Origin: Leucoraja erinacea
Taxonomy: Eukaryota
Length of the DNA: 64,000 nucleotides
Direction of reading: 5' to 3'
NCBI RefSeq assembly: GCF_028641065.1
Contig: NC_073407.1
Location: forward strand, 21,762,001-21,826,000
Made by a program: the position numbers and the translations under genes
In this document: one piece after another, positions 24,459 through 37,957 of the stretch
Layout of the letters: every line of letters begins with the position of its first letter
Position numbering within the stretch: the stretch's first letter is position 1
The notes under the pieces: generated by a model
The model's database searches: none
Told to the model about the DNA's origin: nothing
The model's input: the letters and a program-made list of their open reading frames with translations, nothing else

Positions 24459-24503
<45 letters not shown>
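24459..24503. repeat. (AAT)n microsatellite, probably the tail of a minus-strand retroelement fragment (about 24459-24800)
   Basis: About 15 TAA units. Confidence 0.9.
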
Positions 24504-24507
<4 letters not shown>

Positions 24508-25625
24508 CTTTAGTAATCCCCTTTTCAGGGGAAATTCAGATGTTCTTGCAGCTGCACTAATAAAAATACAACATAGCATTAAAGAAGAAGTTTAATATTA
24601 AAACATAAAAACATCCCCCCCACAATGGTTCCCACTGTGGGGGAAGTCACAAATTCCAGTCCCCATCCTCTTGTCCACCCATGATCGGGCCTATTGAGGC
24701 CTCCACATTCACCGCTACGAAGGCCCGATGTTTCAGGCCCTCTCGCCGGGTGAGGGTGCTCCGGCGTCGGGAGAACCCTCTCAGCGGCTTGGAGGCCATT
24801 CCAACCTATACGTCTTTGGAATGTGGGAGGAAACCAGAGCACTCGGAGAAAACCCAGGTAGTTATAGGGGGAAGGTACAAACTCCATACAGACAGAACCC
24901 GTGGTTAGGATTGAACCTGGGTCTCTGGCGCTGAATGGCGGCAACTCTACTGCTGCTCCACTCTGCTGCAGAAGAGAGTTGCATGCCTGGCACGTTGCTT
25001 TCCAACGCCAACCCAGTCTCCCACTCACTGCGTGTGTGGAGTTTGCACGTTCTCACTGGGACCGCGTGAGTTTCCACCGGGTCCTCTGGTTTCCTCCCAT
25101 CTGTAAATCGCCCTTAGTGTGTCGGGAGTGGATGAGAGGGTAGGAATAACAGAGAACTGGTGTGAAGACAAACACAAAAAGTAGCTGGAGTAGTCGGGCA
25201 GCATCTCTGGAGAAAAGGGATAGGTAGGTGACGTTTTGTGTTGAGTCCCTTCTTCAGACTGCGACCTATCGAGTTAGATAGAGCTCTAGGGGCTAGTGGT
25301 GTCAAAGGATATGGGGAGAAGGTTATTGATAGTGGATGATCAGCCATGATCACAATGGATCGAAGGGTTGAATGGCCTCTTCCTGCACCTACTTTCTATG
25401 TTTCTATGTTATGTCATCTATTCCTTTTCTCCAGAGATGCTGCCTGACCCGCTGAGTTACTGCGGCATTTTGGATATAAACCAGCATTTGCAGTTCCTTG
25501 CTGCACGTTGAACTAGTGTGAAGGGGTGAGGGATGGTCGGCGTGGACTTGGTGGGCAGGAGGAGCAGTTTCCATGCTGTATCTCTAAAGTTCTAAAGCAT
25601 TGGGGATGAAGCAAGGAATACCTAC

Positions 25626-25842
25626 TTCCCATCGGCCAGGTTGATTCCACGGAAGATGGGGTGTTCGTCAGGGCTGGGCTGCCCTGTCTGGTCTTCGTAG
25701 AAGAATATGGGGCTGCGGGAGATCTCCACGCCCAGCTGCTGGATTCCCTGCTCGTTGTAGATGGACAGCAGGAAGGCACCTTTTCCTTTCTGGGCTCGCA
25801 CTGTCATCACCAGGGAGAAATCCTCCGGGAACGCCGTGTCTC
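25626..25842 (-). CDS. Type V/XI fibrillar collagen alpha chain, exon 3 (TSPN domain)
   Basis: Encodes [73 protein letters not shown]. Acceptor ctccctttttgtttccaaag (alternative GAG 3 nt further in, exon start 25839), donor AA|GTAGGT. Phase 1-2, in frame with both neighbours. Confidence 0.95.
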
Positions 25843-25947
25843 CTTTGGAAACAAAAAGGGAGGAGCACGAGTTGTTAAATCTGAACGTATGAAGATGTCT
25901 CTCACAAACAAGCCCAATCCTAGCACCTGTATCACATAGCCAAATCT

Positions 25948-26485
25948 CCAAATCTGAGGAAGGACATTATTGCCATAGAGGGAGTGCAGAGACGGTTCAC
26001 CAGACTGATTCCTGGGATGTCAGGACTGTCTTATGAAGAAAGACTGGATAGACTTGGTTTATACTCTCTAGAATTTAGGAGATTGAGAGGGGATCTTATA
26101 GAAACTTACAAAATTCTTAAGGGGTTGTTGGACAGGCTAGATGCAGGAAGATTGTTCCCGATGTTGGGGAAGTCCAGGACAAGGGGGTCACAGCTTAAGG
26201 ATAAGGGGGAAATCCTTTAAAACCGAGATGAAAAGAACTTTTTTCACACAGAGAGTGGTGAATCTCTGGAACTCTCTGCCACAGAGGGTAGTTGAGGCCA
26301 GTTCATTGGCTATATTTAAGAGGGAGTTAGATGTGGCCGTTGTGGCTAAAGGGATCAGGGGGTATGGAGAGAAGGCAGGTACGTGATACTGAGTTGGATG
26401 ATCAGCCATGATCATATTGAATGGCGGTGCAGGCTCGAAGGGCCGAATGGCCTACTCCTGCACCTAATGTTTCTATGTTTCTATA
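25948..26485 (+). mobile_element. Young CR1 LINE 3' fragment about 105 bp from the exon 3 acceptor
   Basis: VQRRFTRLIPGMSGLSYEERLDRLGLYSLEFRRLRGDLIETYKILKG plus 3' UTR and tail. Confidence 0.92.
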
Positions 26486-26486
26486 G

Positions 26487-27040
26487 AGGGCAGCACAGTG
26501 GAGCAGCGGTGTAGTTGCTGCCTCACAGCGCCAGAGACCTGGGTTCGATCCTGACCATGGGTGCTGTCTGTACAGAGTTTGCACTTTCTCCCTGCGACCC
26601 GGTGGTTTTCTCCGGGTGCTCCGGTTTCAATGGACAATAGACAATAGGTGCAGGAGTAGGCCATTCGGCCCTTCGAACCAGCCCTGCTATTCAATGTGAT
26701 CATGACTGATCATCCACAATCAGTGCCCCGTTCCTGCCTTCTCCCCATATCCCCTGACTCCGCTATTTTTAAGAGCCCTATCTAGCTCTCTCTTGAACGC
26801 ATCCAGTGAACCGGCCTCCACCGCCCTCTGAGGCAGAGAATTCCACAGACTCACCACTCTCTGTGAGAAAAAGTGTTTCCTCCCGCACTCCAAAGACGTG
26901 CAGGTTTGTGGGTGAATTGGCTTCTGTAAATTGTCCCTAGTGTGTAGGATGGTGCTAGTGTATGGGGTGATCGCTGGTGGGTGCGGGCGGACTCAGTGGG
27001 CTGAAGGGCCCATTTCCACGCTGTGTCTCTAAAGTCTAAA
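26487..27040 (+). mobile_element. V-SINE interrupted by an inverted CR1 3' end (about 26630-26878)
   Basis: SINE halves join at ccggtttc|ctcccgcactcc. Confidence 0.8.
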
Positions 27041-27804
27041 GATTAGCAACAATAATGACATGTATTTATTTAGTTTAGCTTAGGTTGGAGATACAGCATG
27101 GAAACAGGCCCTTTGGCCCATCGAGCCCATGCTGACCATTCACACTAGGATAGAACTAGCGTTGCAGGTGAGTGCGGACTCCGTGAGCCAACGGGCCTGT
27201 TTGCACACTCTATCACTAAACTAAACTGCTGCACATGAACAGACCCCTCAGCCCAACATGTCTGTGCCGAACATAATGCCAAGATAAGCTAAGCTGTTCC
27301 CATATCCTTCCATTCCCTGCATGTAACTGTGCCCGTCTAAAAGCCTCGTAAATTCCACTTTCACATCTGCCCCCTGGCTGGAGGTTCCATGTACCCATGT
27401 GGGACCCTCTCCACTAAAGACCCCCGAGCCCAGGGACTATCCTCCACCTTCAGGGAATGTCACTTCTTCCCCTTTCTCTCCCAACGATGCAGAGGCCTAG
27501 GAGACCCCCCTCACCAAGGAGTTCTCTCCCTCCCACTCTGGCCCCCTCCACATGCTCAGCACCCTCAGCTCAGCCACAGGATGAGTCCCAGGGGGTTGTG
27601 TCCTGGGCTGACCTCAGATTCCAAGCAACTTATCACAAGATGATTCAGTTTCCTCTGCATTGAAAACACTCTGAAGAACAGTCTCCACCCGAAACATCAC
27701 CCAGTCCTTTACTCCAGAGGTGCTGCCTGACCTGCTGAGGCACTCCAGCATTTTGTATCTATCTTCGGTGTAAAACAGCATCTGCAGTTCCTTCCGACAC
27801 GAGC

Positions 27805-28102
27805 TTAGTTTAGTTTTGAGATACAGTGCAGAACAGGCCATTTGGCCCACCGAGTCCGTGCTGACCAGCGATCCCTATACACCGACACTATCCTACACAC
27901 TAGGGACAATTTACAACCTTTTAGCGAGGCCAATCAACCTACAAACCTGTACGTCTTTGGGATGTGGGAGGAAACCGGAGCACCCGGGGAAAACCCACGA
28001 GGTTAAGGGGAGAACGTACAAACTCCGTACAGGCAGCACCCGTAGTCAGGATCGAACCCGGGTCTCTGGCGCTGTGAGGCAGCAACTCTAACCGCTGTGC
28101 CA
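27805..28102 (-). mobile_element. V-SINE (HE1-like), full length
   Basis: Reverse-complement head, V-domain and tail. Confidence 0.85.
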
Positions 28103-29652
28103 TCGAGCTGCTCACTACATTGACTTCTGTTGTCAAACTGCAATATGCTTAGAACAAGACATAAGGCAAGATACATACAACAGGCCTAGATAGTAGGGAG
28201 TGATGTGCTGGAGGGTGAGAGGGCTGCTGTACATTCAACACCAGATAATGGGGTTAACATCAGATGGAAGAGTGTCTGAGAGACTGTACCTGTCTGAGAG
28301 AGAGGGGCAGGTTTGCAGCTATACACAGCCAGAGTGCAGCAGATGGATTTGGACAGATTTTTTGTGTTTGTAGGAAAGTGTGTCCTCCTTGCATTCCACC
28401 GGGAGCTCCTGGTTAGTCTCAGTCACGAGCCGGGAACATGCCCATCCCTGACAAGAGAACTCAGCAGATATCTCCCAGAACAGGCCCCTGTCAGGCAGTG
28501 CTGACGGATCTAATGTTCTCTGCTTCTGATTCATGTCTGGTCTCTTGCAAATGACAGCTGGACACGTCCGCTTTGATTTTCACTGCTCCATTCACCTGGG
28601 TTAGTAGGCCTTAGGGACTGACACACCTGAGAACCTTGAGATGACTTCCCAGCAATCACAGGTTCAATATGGAGGAAAGGGGGGGTGGTTTACCAGGGGG
28701 GGGGGGGGGGGGGTAGGGGGGGTCAAAGATTACAGGGACAAGGCAGGAGAATGGGGTTTGGATGGAAAAAGAGATCATGCATGATGAAATGGGGGAGCAG
28801 ACTCGATGGGCCGAATGGCCTAATTCTGCTCCTATGCCATATGGTCTTATGCTCTTAAGTACCAGTCACTGTCATTTCTCAAGCTGAAAGTGTTCAAAAC
28901 TTGTGACAAGATTCATAATTGTGGCATCAGTTGCTAATGAATTCTGCTGAGGTGGTCAGGAAGAATTTCAAAGAGTTTGTGAGCATGATTCGGAGTTAAA
29001 ATACTTGGCAGGTCTCCCTCACTTAAGGGCCTCATACCTCTGCATCCTCTGGCTGTGAATAGCTAGTTCCCAACAGTCCAACTTTCACCTCGTTGTATAT
29101 CAGCAGCAAATTGAACGCAGGTTTCCGATTCCTCTTGAGCTTGTATTTCAGGTCTCTCAGAGGCTACTAGGCCGGTCACCATGGCAACCGCCCCATAAAA
29201 TGCAGCAACCCCAGCAAAAGATTAGTCACTTCCTGTCCACCAGCCCCCAGGCCTCTTGTTCATTATCCAAGCTGAGAGCCATTTTCTTTTATTAATTATT
29301 TCATGAACGTTCTGGAATGTTGCCTGTTGTTCATTATCAGCTGGTGGCTGCTGTCGACATGTTTAATTCAGTGTAACTGCTCATCGCTCAGTCCGTGCAT
29401 CTCTCAAGGCCCAGCGCCAACTCCCGCTGCTCCCCTTCCCCTGGATCCTCTGCTGACGTGGACAAGACTCTGGTGATTTTCTAGCGAGGTGGAGGAGACT
29501 GGTGGATCAGTGAGTGGGCTGAGTAACATCTCGCCATTGTTTTCCCTAATCCCTCTGCCGCTGTTCACAATATGGTTCACTGAAACTTATTGCATAGAAC
29601 GGAGGCCATTCAGCCCACAGTCCCCGAGCCAGCTCTTTGAAACACATCCAAT

Positions 29653-29756
29653 CAGTGGCGGACTGGCCAGGGTGTCAGCTTGCCCAATGGCAAGTGGGCA
29701 CCTGATGAAGTGGGCCCCTCCTGGCAACCAATATTTTTAGACCCAGTCCGCCACTG
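29653..29756. mobile_element. 104-bp hAT-like MITE
   Basis: TIR cagtggcggactgg; 8-bp TSD catccaat / catacaat. Confidence 0.8.
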
Positions 29757-29785
29757 CATACAATTAGTCTCAAAACCCTCGACTT

Positions 29786-30395
29786 TTAGTTTAGTTTAGA
29801 GATACAGCGTGGAAGCAGGCCCTTCGGCCCACGTCGACCAGCAATCACGCATACTCCGATTCTATCCAACACACCAGGAACAATTTGTTTTTACGGAAGC
29901 CAATTAACTTACAATGTTGTCCATCCAGGACAAGGGGTCACAGCTTAAGATCAAGGGGAAATCCAAACCGAGATGAGAAGAACTTTTTTTCACACAGAGA
30001 GTGGTGAATCTCTGGAACTCTCTGCCACAGAGGGTAGTTGAGGCCAGTTCATTGGCTATATTTAAGAGGGAGTTAGATGTGGCCCTGGTGGCTAAAGGGA
30101 TCAGAGGGTATGGAGAGAAGGCAGGTACGGGATACTGAGTTGGATGATCAGCCATGATCATATTGAATGGCGGTGCAGGCTCGAAGGGCCGAATGGCCTA
30201 CTCCTGCACCTAATTTCTATGTTTCTATGTTACAAACCTGCACGTCTTTGGAATGTGGGAAGAATGCGGAACTCCCGGTGAAAACCCACCCGGTCACGGT
30301 GAGAACGTACAAACTCCATACAGACAGCGCCCCGTAGTCAGAATCGAACCAGGGTATCTGGTGCTGTGAGGCAGCAACTGTACTGTTGCGGTACT
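29786..30395 (-). mobile_element. V-SINE interrupted by a plus-strand CR1 3' end (about 29915-30228)
   Basis: ttacaa duplicated around the CR1 insert. Confidence 0.8.
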
Positions 30396-31119
30396 GAGCT
30401 ACCCAAAGTGTTCTTTGCTGTAGCTGTCCACTTTTACACCCTTTGGACAAATGCCCTTGTGAATTTTCTATAGAACCTGGGGAGTCCATGAGTGTGGGAC
30501 ATTATTTTTTAATGGTGGAATAATATAGAGTTTCCTCTGAAAAATATTCTGGTGTTTGTTAAGCCCCCTCTGACAATTCGGCACGCCTTTGCCATTTTCT
30601 GTGATGGGACAATCCCATGAACAATGAACAATGACCAATGCTGGTCCAGGACCTCAGACTGTAACTCGTGCCCTGATCATTCCCCGTATTTATTGTGCTT
30701 TCATTATTAGGTCCCACCCATCACTTCAGACACATGGCCGACTCCACTCCCCTATCCTACCCCTTACAATTCTCCCCTCCACCTCTACCCCCATCTAGTG
30801 CTGGCTGACTTTACTGCAAACAATACTCCACTGGGGCAACACATCCAAGAAAATGACAATCCTCTGAGGAATGTAACCACACAGAAGAAATAACAAGTTT
30901 GATAGTCCCTTAAGGTACCCCCGACTGACATTCAAGCCAATCTGTTAGACTGAGAATTCCATCTGATGTTCAGGGTCTGTCTTTCGTGAAATAAAATCTA
31001 ATCTGAATTTCATGTTCGAGGAAGGAGCCAGGAAGAGAATATTTTCCTTTCTATAAGATCTCCGCACTTCCAGAACATGTGCAGCAAGGTTGGATACAGG
31101 GTAAAACTCTTTAGACTTT

Positions 31120-31632
31120 AACAGCGGTAGAGTTGCTGCCTTACGCCGGAGACGCAGGTTCGATCCCGACTGCAGGTGCTTGACTGTACGGAGCTTTTAC
31201 GCTCTCCCTGTGACCGCGTGGGTTTTCTCCGAGATCTTTGGTTTCTTCCCACATTCCAAAGATGTACAGGTTTGCAGGTAAATTGGCCCTAGTATGTGTA
31301 GGATAGTGTTAATGTTAATGATCGCTGGTCGGTGCGGACTCGGTGGGCCAAAGGGCCTGTTCCAACACAGTATCTCTAAAGAAAACTATACAGCGCGGAA
31401 ACAGGCCCTTTGGCCTACCGAGTTCGTGCCGACCAGCAATCACCCCCATTCACTAACACTAGTCCCACCAGGGCCGATTTACAATTTTACCCAAGCCAAT
31501 TAGCCTACAAACCCAAACATCTTTGGAGGGTGCAGGAAACAGGAGCACCCAGAGAAAACCCACGCGGTCACAGGGAGAACGTGCAAACTCCGTAGAGACA
31601 GCGCCCATGGTCAGGATCAAACCTGGGTCTCT
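31120..31632. mobile_element. Two V-SINEs tail-to-tail (+ 31120-31380, - 31388-31632)
   Basis: Heads point inwards from both ends; tails abut. Confidence 0.75.
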
Positions 31633-31837
31633 GCCGCTGGGCCACTGGGCCAGCCTACATTGTAGAGCCTCCTCTACATTGCCCCATCGCACATTTCAAG
31701 AGCAGAGACGCAGAGCAAAGCCCCCTTTACATTATCCCAGCACAAACCATGAGTGCAGCAATAGCACAGGGTGGGCACAACATCTACATCACCCTATCAA
31801 ACACTCTCAGGGAAAGCCCGGGTTATACACAGCTTAA

Positions 31838-32042
31838 AGGGCCTGTCGCTAATTCACCACCTCTGCCGAGTTTGCCCTTGACTCATACTCGCAGCATGAT
31901 CGTCACAAGTTCGTGGGTAGGTCGTGATGCTAGTCGTAGGGATTTGTGGCATCAAGTAGGTCGGGGCGTTTTTCTAGGCTGACGAAAAATGTCCACGAGT
32001 AAAAAAGGTCGTGAATTAGGTCGTGAAAGTGGGACAGACCCT
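31838..32042. mobile_element. Harbinger-like MITE
   Basis: taa|agggcctgtc.. ..gtgggacagaccct|taa (TAA TSD). Confidence 0.7.
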
Positions 32043-32051
32043 TAAGGGGAA

Positions 32052-32445
32052 AGATTGAGGGGGGATCTTATAGAAACTTACAAAATTCTTAAGGGGTTGG
32101 ACAGGCTAGATGCAGGAAGATTATTCCCGATGTTGGGGAAGTCCAGAACAAGGGGTCACAGTTTCAGGATAAGGGGGAAGTCTTTTAGGACTGAGATGAG
32201 AAAATCATTTTTTACACAGAGAGTGGTGAATCTGTGGAATTCTCTGCCACAGAAGGTAGTTGAGGCCAGTTCATTGGCTATATTTAAGAGGGGGTTAGAT
32301 GTGGCTCAAGGGATCAGGGGGTATGGAGAGAAGGCAGATATAGGATACTGAGTTGGATGATCAGCCATGTTCATATTGAATGGTGGTGTAGGCTCGAGGG
32401 GCCGAATGGCCTACTCCTGCACCTATTTTCTATGTTTCTATGTTA
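32052..32445 (+). mobile_element. Young CR1 LINE 3' fragment
   Basis: ORF 32055-32351 LRGDLIETYKILKGLDRLDAGRLFP..RVVNLWNSLP. Confidence 0.9.
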
Positions 32446-34419
32446 AGGCTCCTTCCATACCATCCCATCAAATGCCCACAGGACGTATTCTATAGGTTAG
32501 GCGTGGAAAACAAGGAGATAAGAGAATTAGAGAGAAAAAAAAAAAATTGCAGCTGGCTATTCAGCCACTCATGCCTGCTCTGCCTTTCAATAAGATCGTA
32601 GCTGATCTCTTAGCTCTTGTCACATTTTCCTGCACTAATCCACTGCGGACTGCTTGAAACATCACCCATCCACGTCCTCCAGAGATGCTGCCTGACCCGC
32701 TGTGTTATCCCAGCACTGCGAGTCCTCTATTCCACAAGTTTATTCCTTAGAGCACAGGAAACTTTATTCATCGGCGGAGAGAAATTGTTCTGCCGACAGT
32801 CACAACACACAAGGTACACGAAAACTTGAATTTAAAAGTGAAAACAAAAAGGAAAAAGTACACAGCAGCTTCACCGGAACAAACGAACAAACAAACAAAC
32901 GAACACAGACTTATCCCCTGGGCAGAGGATTCAAAGCTAGAGTGCTCCCCTCGCCCCCTCCCCCTTTGTTCTCCCACCCTCCCTCCGACGGTCCCACACG
33001 CCGGGTCCTCATTGTTCTTCACAGCAGCCCCCCTCCCCCCCATGCCAGGCCCTTCATTGTCTTCCCCTCACCCCTTCATACTCCGCCACGAGGCCCCACC
33101 GCCACCAAGGCCCAAACTTGCCACTGAGGCTCCTGTTGCTGCCAAGGCCCTACTGCCACCGAGGCTCCCATCGCCACCGCTGAGGCTCCTTCGGCCTAGT
33201 CAGGCTTACGAAGGGTATTGGGTGTAAGGAACAAGCTGCCGGAGAATGTAGTTGAGGCAGGTACTATCATAACGTTTATGAGAAATTTGGACAGATACAT
33301 GGATAGAATAGGTTTAGAAAGGTATGGGCCAAATAGAGCTAGGTAGGACTAGTGTAGCTGGCACATGTTGGTTGGCATGGGCAAGTTGGGCCAAAGGGCC
33401 TGTTTCCATGCTGTATGACTCTATTCCTTGATCTTCTTAATATCTATCCACCTATCAGCTCTGCCTTGAATATAATCAGCAACAGAGTCTCCACAGCTCT
33501 CTAAGGTAGAGTGTTGCAAAGATTGACTATCCTTCATGTAAATATACTTCTTCTCATCCCAATTGTGATGTGGAGACTGTGACCCCTGGTTCTCCACACT
33601 CCAGTCGGGAAAGATCAACTTAGCTTCTTCCTTTAAGCCCTTTCAGAATTGTGTATGTTTCAACAAGGTCCACTATTCTTCTAAACAGATGGGAGCGTAG
33701 CCCCACTCTGCTTAATCTCCTGTTATGACAAGCTTGTAGCATTACTGGAATCAATCTGGCAAACTCTTGCCGTTCCCCTCTATCACAAGTATATCCTTAT
33801 TTATGTAGGGAGACCAGAATCTGTACACAATATTCCAGATGTATTATCACAAGAGCTCCGTAACATTGAAGAAATCACATCTTGTACTCGCGTCCTTTTG
33901 GAATGAAATCAATGTACCATAGAGTCATAGAATGATACAATGTGGAAACAGGCCCTTCGGCCCAACTAGCCCACACCAACCAACATGTCCCAGCTACACT
34001 AGTCCCACCTGCCTGTGTTTGGTCCATATCCCTTCAAACCTGTCCTATCCATCTACCAATGTTATGACAAGCTTGTAGCATTACTGGAATCAATCTGGCA
34101 AACTCTTGCCGTTCCCCTCTATCACAAGTATATACAGTTTCTCAAATGGTGGGATAGTCCCAGCCTCAACTACCTCCTCTGGCAGCTCGTTCCATACACC
34201 CACCACCCTTTGTGTGAAAAAGTTACCCCTCGGATTCATATGAAATCTTTTCCCCTTCACCTTAAATATGTTTCACAATGCCTCGCAGTGATTTGTGTAC
34301 AAAGCCCCAACAACTCTGCCCCGCCAAACATTCAGGTAAAATCATAATTCAGGGTTCAACGCAAGATAAAATCTCCTCTGCGGTATGTGCAGGTATAGTT
34401 TCAGGGTTGGGTTTCAGCA

Positions 34420-34862
34420 ACTAAGTTACGGAGAAAGGTTGACAAAGTTAGGGCTTTATTCTTTGTAGCGCAGAAGGTTAAGGGGGGACTTGATAGAGGT
34501 CTTTAAACTTATGAGAGGGAAAGACAGAGTTGACGTGGATAAGCTTTTCCCACTGAGAGTAGGGAAGATTCATACAAGGGGACATGACTTGAGAATTAAG
34601 GGACTGAAGTTTAGGCGTAACATGAGGGGGAACTTCTTTACTCAGAGAGTGGTGGCTGTGTGGAATGAGCTTCCAGTGAAGGTGGTGGAGGCAGGTTCAT
34701 TTTTATCATTTAAAAATAAATTGGATAGTTATATGGATGGGAAAGGTATGGAGGGTTATGGTCTAAACGCAGGTGTATGGGACTAGGGGAGAATACGTGT
34801 TCGGCACGGACTAGAAGGGTCGAGATGGCCTGTTTCCGTGCTGTAATTGTTATATGGTTATA
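34420..34862 (+). mobile_element. CR1 LINE 3' fragment, distinct subfamily
   Basis: ORF 34490-34786 LIEVFKLMRGKDRVDVDKLFPL..FFTQRVVAVWNELP. Confidence 0.88.
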
Positions 34863-36005
34863 TAGTGTAGATTAAGCATGAAGTAAAGTTCTGAACACAC
34901 GGTCTCAGAACAGATACACCACTGACACATACAGAATGTATCTTCTATCTTGCCTGTCCGATCACCCCACTACCTCATTGGTGACATTGGACTTTGTCTC
35001 CGGAGTACTGCATTATAATGACCAGAACTATGTTGGGCACTCTACTATTTCCATCGCTATACCAGTTGCACTGAGTTTGGCTTGAGTGTGTTTATTTACA
35101 GTATTATCTGTTTGATCGGATGGCATGCAAAACTAATCTTTACACTGTACTTTGGTACGTGACAATGACAAACCTGTGAAAACGGAGAGGATGAGAAGGA
35201 GTTTCTCCCCAGGGGCCATTAAGACTGTAAACTACCATCTCACCAGGGACTAACATACTGTACCAATTTACTGGTGTGTGGTGTCTTTTTAAAATCGCTG
35301 TTTTTTTCTTTTTTCTTTTTCTCCCACAAATATGTAATATGTGAATATGTGATTCTGTTCCATTCGGGCATGTTTGTAGATTTTTGGCACAATCCACAAG
35401 CATTGCCACTGTTTCATTTCACTACACATCTCGTATGCGTATGTGACAGATAAACCTGACTTGACTGACACCTATCAAACACTCGCAGGCAAATAAAAGT
35501 TGTCAGATACAAGGCACAGCTTGAAACAAAATTAAATAACATAGATGCCAACCATCTGCCCACCACTGCCCCTTGCCCGAGTTCACCTCTTATCTGCCAC
35601 ACTATGTCCTTCCCCTCCACTCTTCCGGCTTTCTTCACCACCACCCCCCTCCCCCACCCTACAATCAGTCTGAAGGAGGCTCCCAACCCAAAAAGGCACC
35701 CATCCATGTTCTCTAGAGATGCTGCCTGACCCTCAGAGCCACTTCAGCACTATACGATCTCTTTTTTTGCAGAGTAAATAACGTTATTATAAAATGGCTA
35801 ATATCCTTGCGAATAACGGATGGTGACATTTTTGAGGATAGGTGCCCTTCACCTCCCATCCACCCCAACTTGGACTTTGGCAAAGAATATTTGCCATTCT
35901 TCTGGTTCAATGTCTGTGTATGCATTAGTAATGTGTTCAGTATTGGCCACCATGTTATAGGAAGGGTGTTGTCAAGCTGGAAAAGGTGCAGAGAAGATTT
36001 ACAAG

Positions 36006-36147
36006 GCAGACAAAAATGCCGAAGAAACTCAGCGGGTGAGGCAGCATCTATTGATGGGCAGCATCTATTGATGCTGCCTCACCCGCTGAGTTTCTCCAGC
36101 ATTTTTGTCTACCTTCGATTTTTTTCCAGCACCTGTAGTCTTTCTTA
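36006..36147. mobile_element. Palindromic PLE-derived insert within a CR1 fragment
   Basis: 12-bp TSD aagatttac(a/g)ag at 35994-36005 and 36148-36159. Confidence 0.75.
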
Positions 36148-37057
36148 AAGATTTACGAGCCAGGTACAATCGCAACTTTTGAGAAAAATTTAGACATGTA
36201 CATGGATAGGATAGGTTTAGAGGGATGTGGACCGAACGCAGGCAGGTGGGACTAGTGTAGATGGGGCATGTTGGGTGGCATGGGCAAGTTGGGCTGAAGG
36301 GCCTGTTTCCACGCTGTATCACTGTGTGTGTGTGTGTGTGTGTGTGAGTGAGTACATAGCTGATTCTGTACGAGAGGGTGAATGAGCCACAGATGCTGCT
36401 GCTGCTGCTTTCCCTATTAAATACGCTGTAACGTGCCAATTTAGTGTGAGAAAACTCAGGCAGGTTTCTCAGGTATGTGTTGGCATCGGTTCAACTGCGT
36501 CCGCAAGTGAAGGCTCTCAGATGAGGCCTAGTTTTTCCAAGAAGCCATTACTCAGAGAGGTGGGACTATTTGCTTATTCACAGGATTCACACATAATCCC
36601 ACATGACTCAATTAGTTTACAAACTTAAAAAAAAAAAAAAGATTCAAGACTACACATTTGGATGGTGTTAGGAGGGGTGGGGGAGGGGAAGGGGAAGAAG
36701 GGGTGGATTCGATAGCTACTTCCAAGAGATTTCACTATTTGCATTATGGTGTGTTCAAGAACGAGACCTCTGACAAACATGGCCCTGACCCACATCTCCG
36801 CCAGTCCCTCGCCATCTGTCTTTTGTTCCTCTAGTTGTCTCTCGACCACATAGCTCCCTATTCTCCTAGCTTTGCCATTGATCAGTTCAAAGCTGAGGTT
36901 CCACTGCATAACCCTAGGAGGTACTGCACACTGCATACCATTATGTTGACCACATACCCATTATTCCTATTCTTGGATTGCCATCTCATAATCAATTCCA
37001 GGAAAATGCATTCCGCGCTGCATAAACCATCTTTTATGTGGAACCTTGTCAAATGTC

Positions 37058-37537
37058 TTAGTTTAGTTTAGTTTAGTTTAGACATACAGCGCCGAAACAG
37101 GCCCTTCGGCCCATCGAGTCCGTACCGACCAGCGATCCCAGCACAGTAACACTACAAGAGAGAGCTAGATGGGGCTCTAGAAGATAGTGGAGTCAATGGA
37201 TATGGGGAGAAGGTAGGAACGGGGTGCTGATTGGGGATGATCAGCCATGATCGCATTGAATGGCGGTGCTGGCTCGAAGGGCCGAATGGCCTACTCCTGC
37301 ACCTCTTGTCTATTGTCTACCCTACACACACTAGGGACAATTTTTTACATTTATACCAAGCCAATGAACCCCAAAAACCTGTACGTCTTTAGAGTGTGGG
37401 AGGAAACCGAAGATTTCGGAGAAAAACCACGCAGGTCACGGGGAGAACGTACAAACTCCGTATGGACAGCGCCCTGTAGTCAGGATCGAACCCGGGTCTC
37501 TGATGCTGTAAGGTGACAACTCTACCACTGTGCCGCC
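37058..37537 (-). mobile_element. V-SINE interrupted by a plus-strand CR1 tail (about 37157-37318)
   Basis: SINE halves are collinear around the insert. Confidence 0.8.
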
Positions 37538-37957
37538 CCTGATTTCTTCTAATAATCTAAATATATGATGGCCACAGCCTCTCCATCCACCTTTCCCTCC
37601 GTCCCACTCAATCTCCTTTGTAACTCTGTTCTTGGTGGTGATCGAGCTCTCATAAGCATTCTGCTCTGTCTCACGCAATCCTTCACATGAATCAGGGGCT
37701 GCCTTATTTAAATCATCCACTTAACAGTGTTCCATCAAATAGTCCATGGGCAGGAATGGAATGGGTTTGATATAAAATATGTTTCCCTCTACAGTTACAA
37801 ATACTCCAGGGGTAGATAAATCAGGACTGAGATACAGAGGCAAACATTGAACCAAAATTGACAGGAAGCACACTGTACAATTGGGAGTTACATGATAGGG
37901 GTGAAGGGGAAAGTGTTTTGTTTATTGGGTTTCAATCTAATGGGAAAAGAGTTGAAT

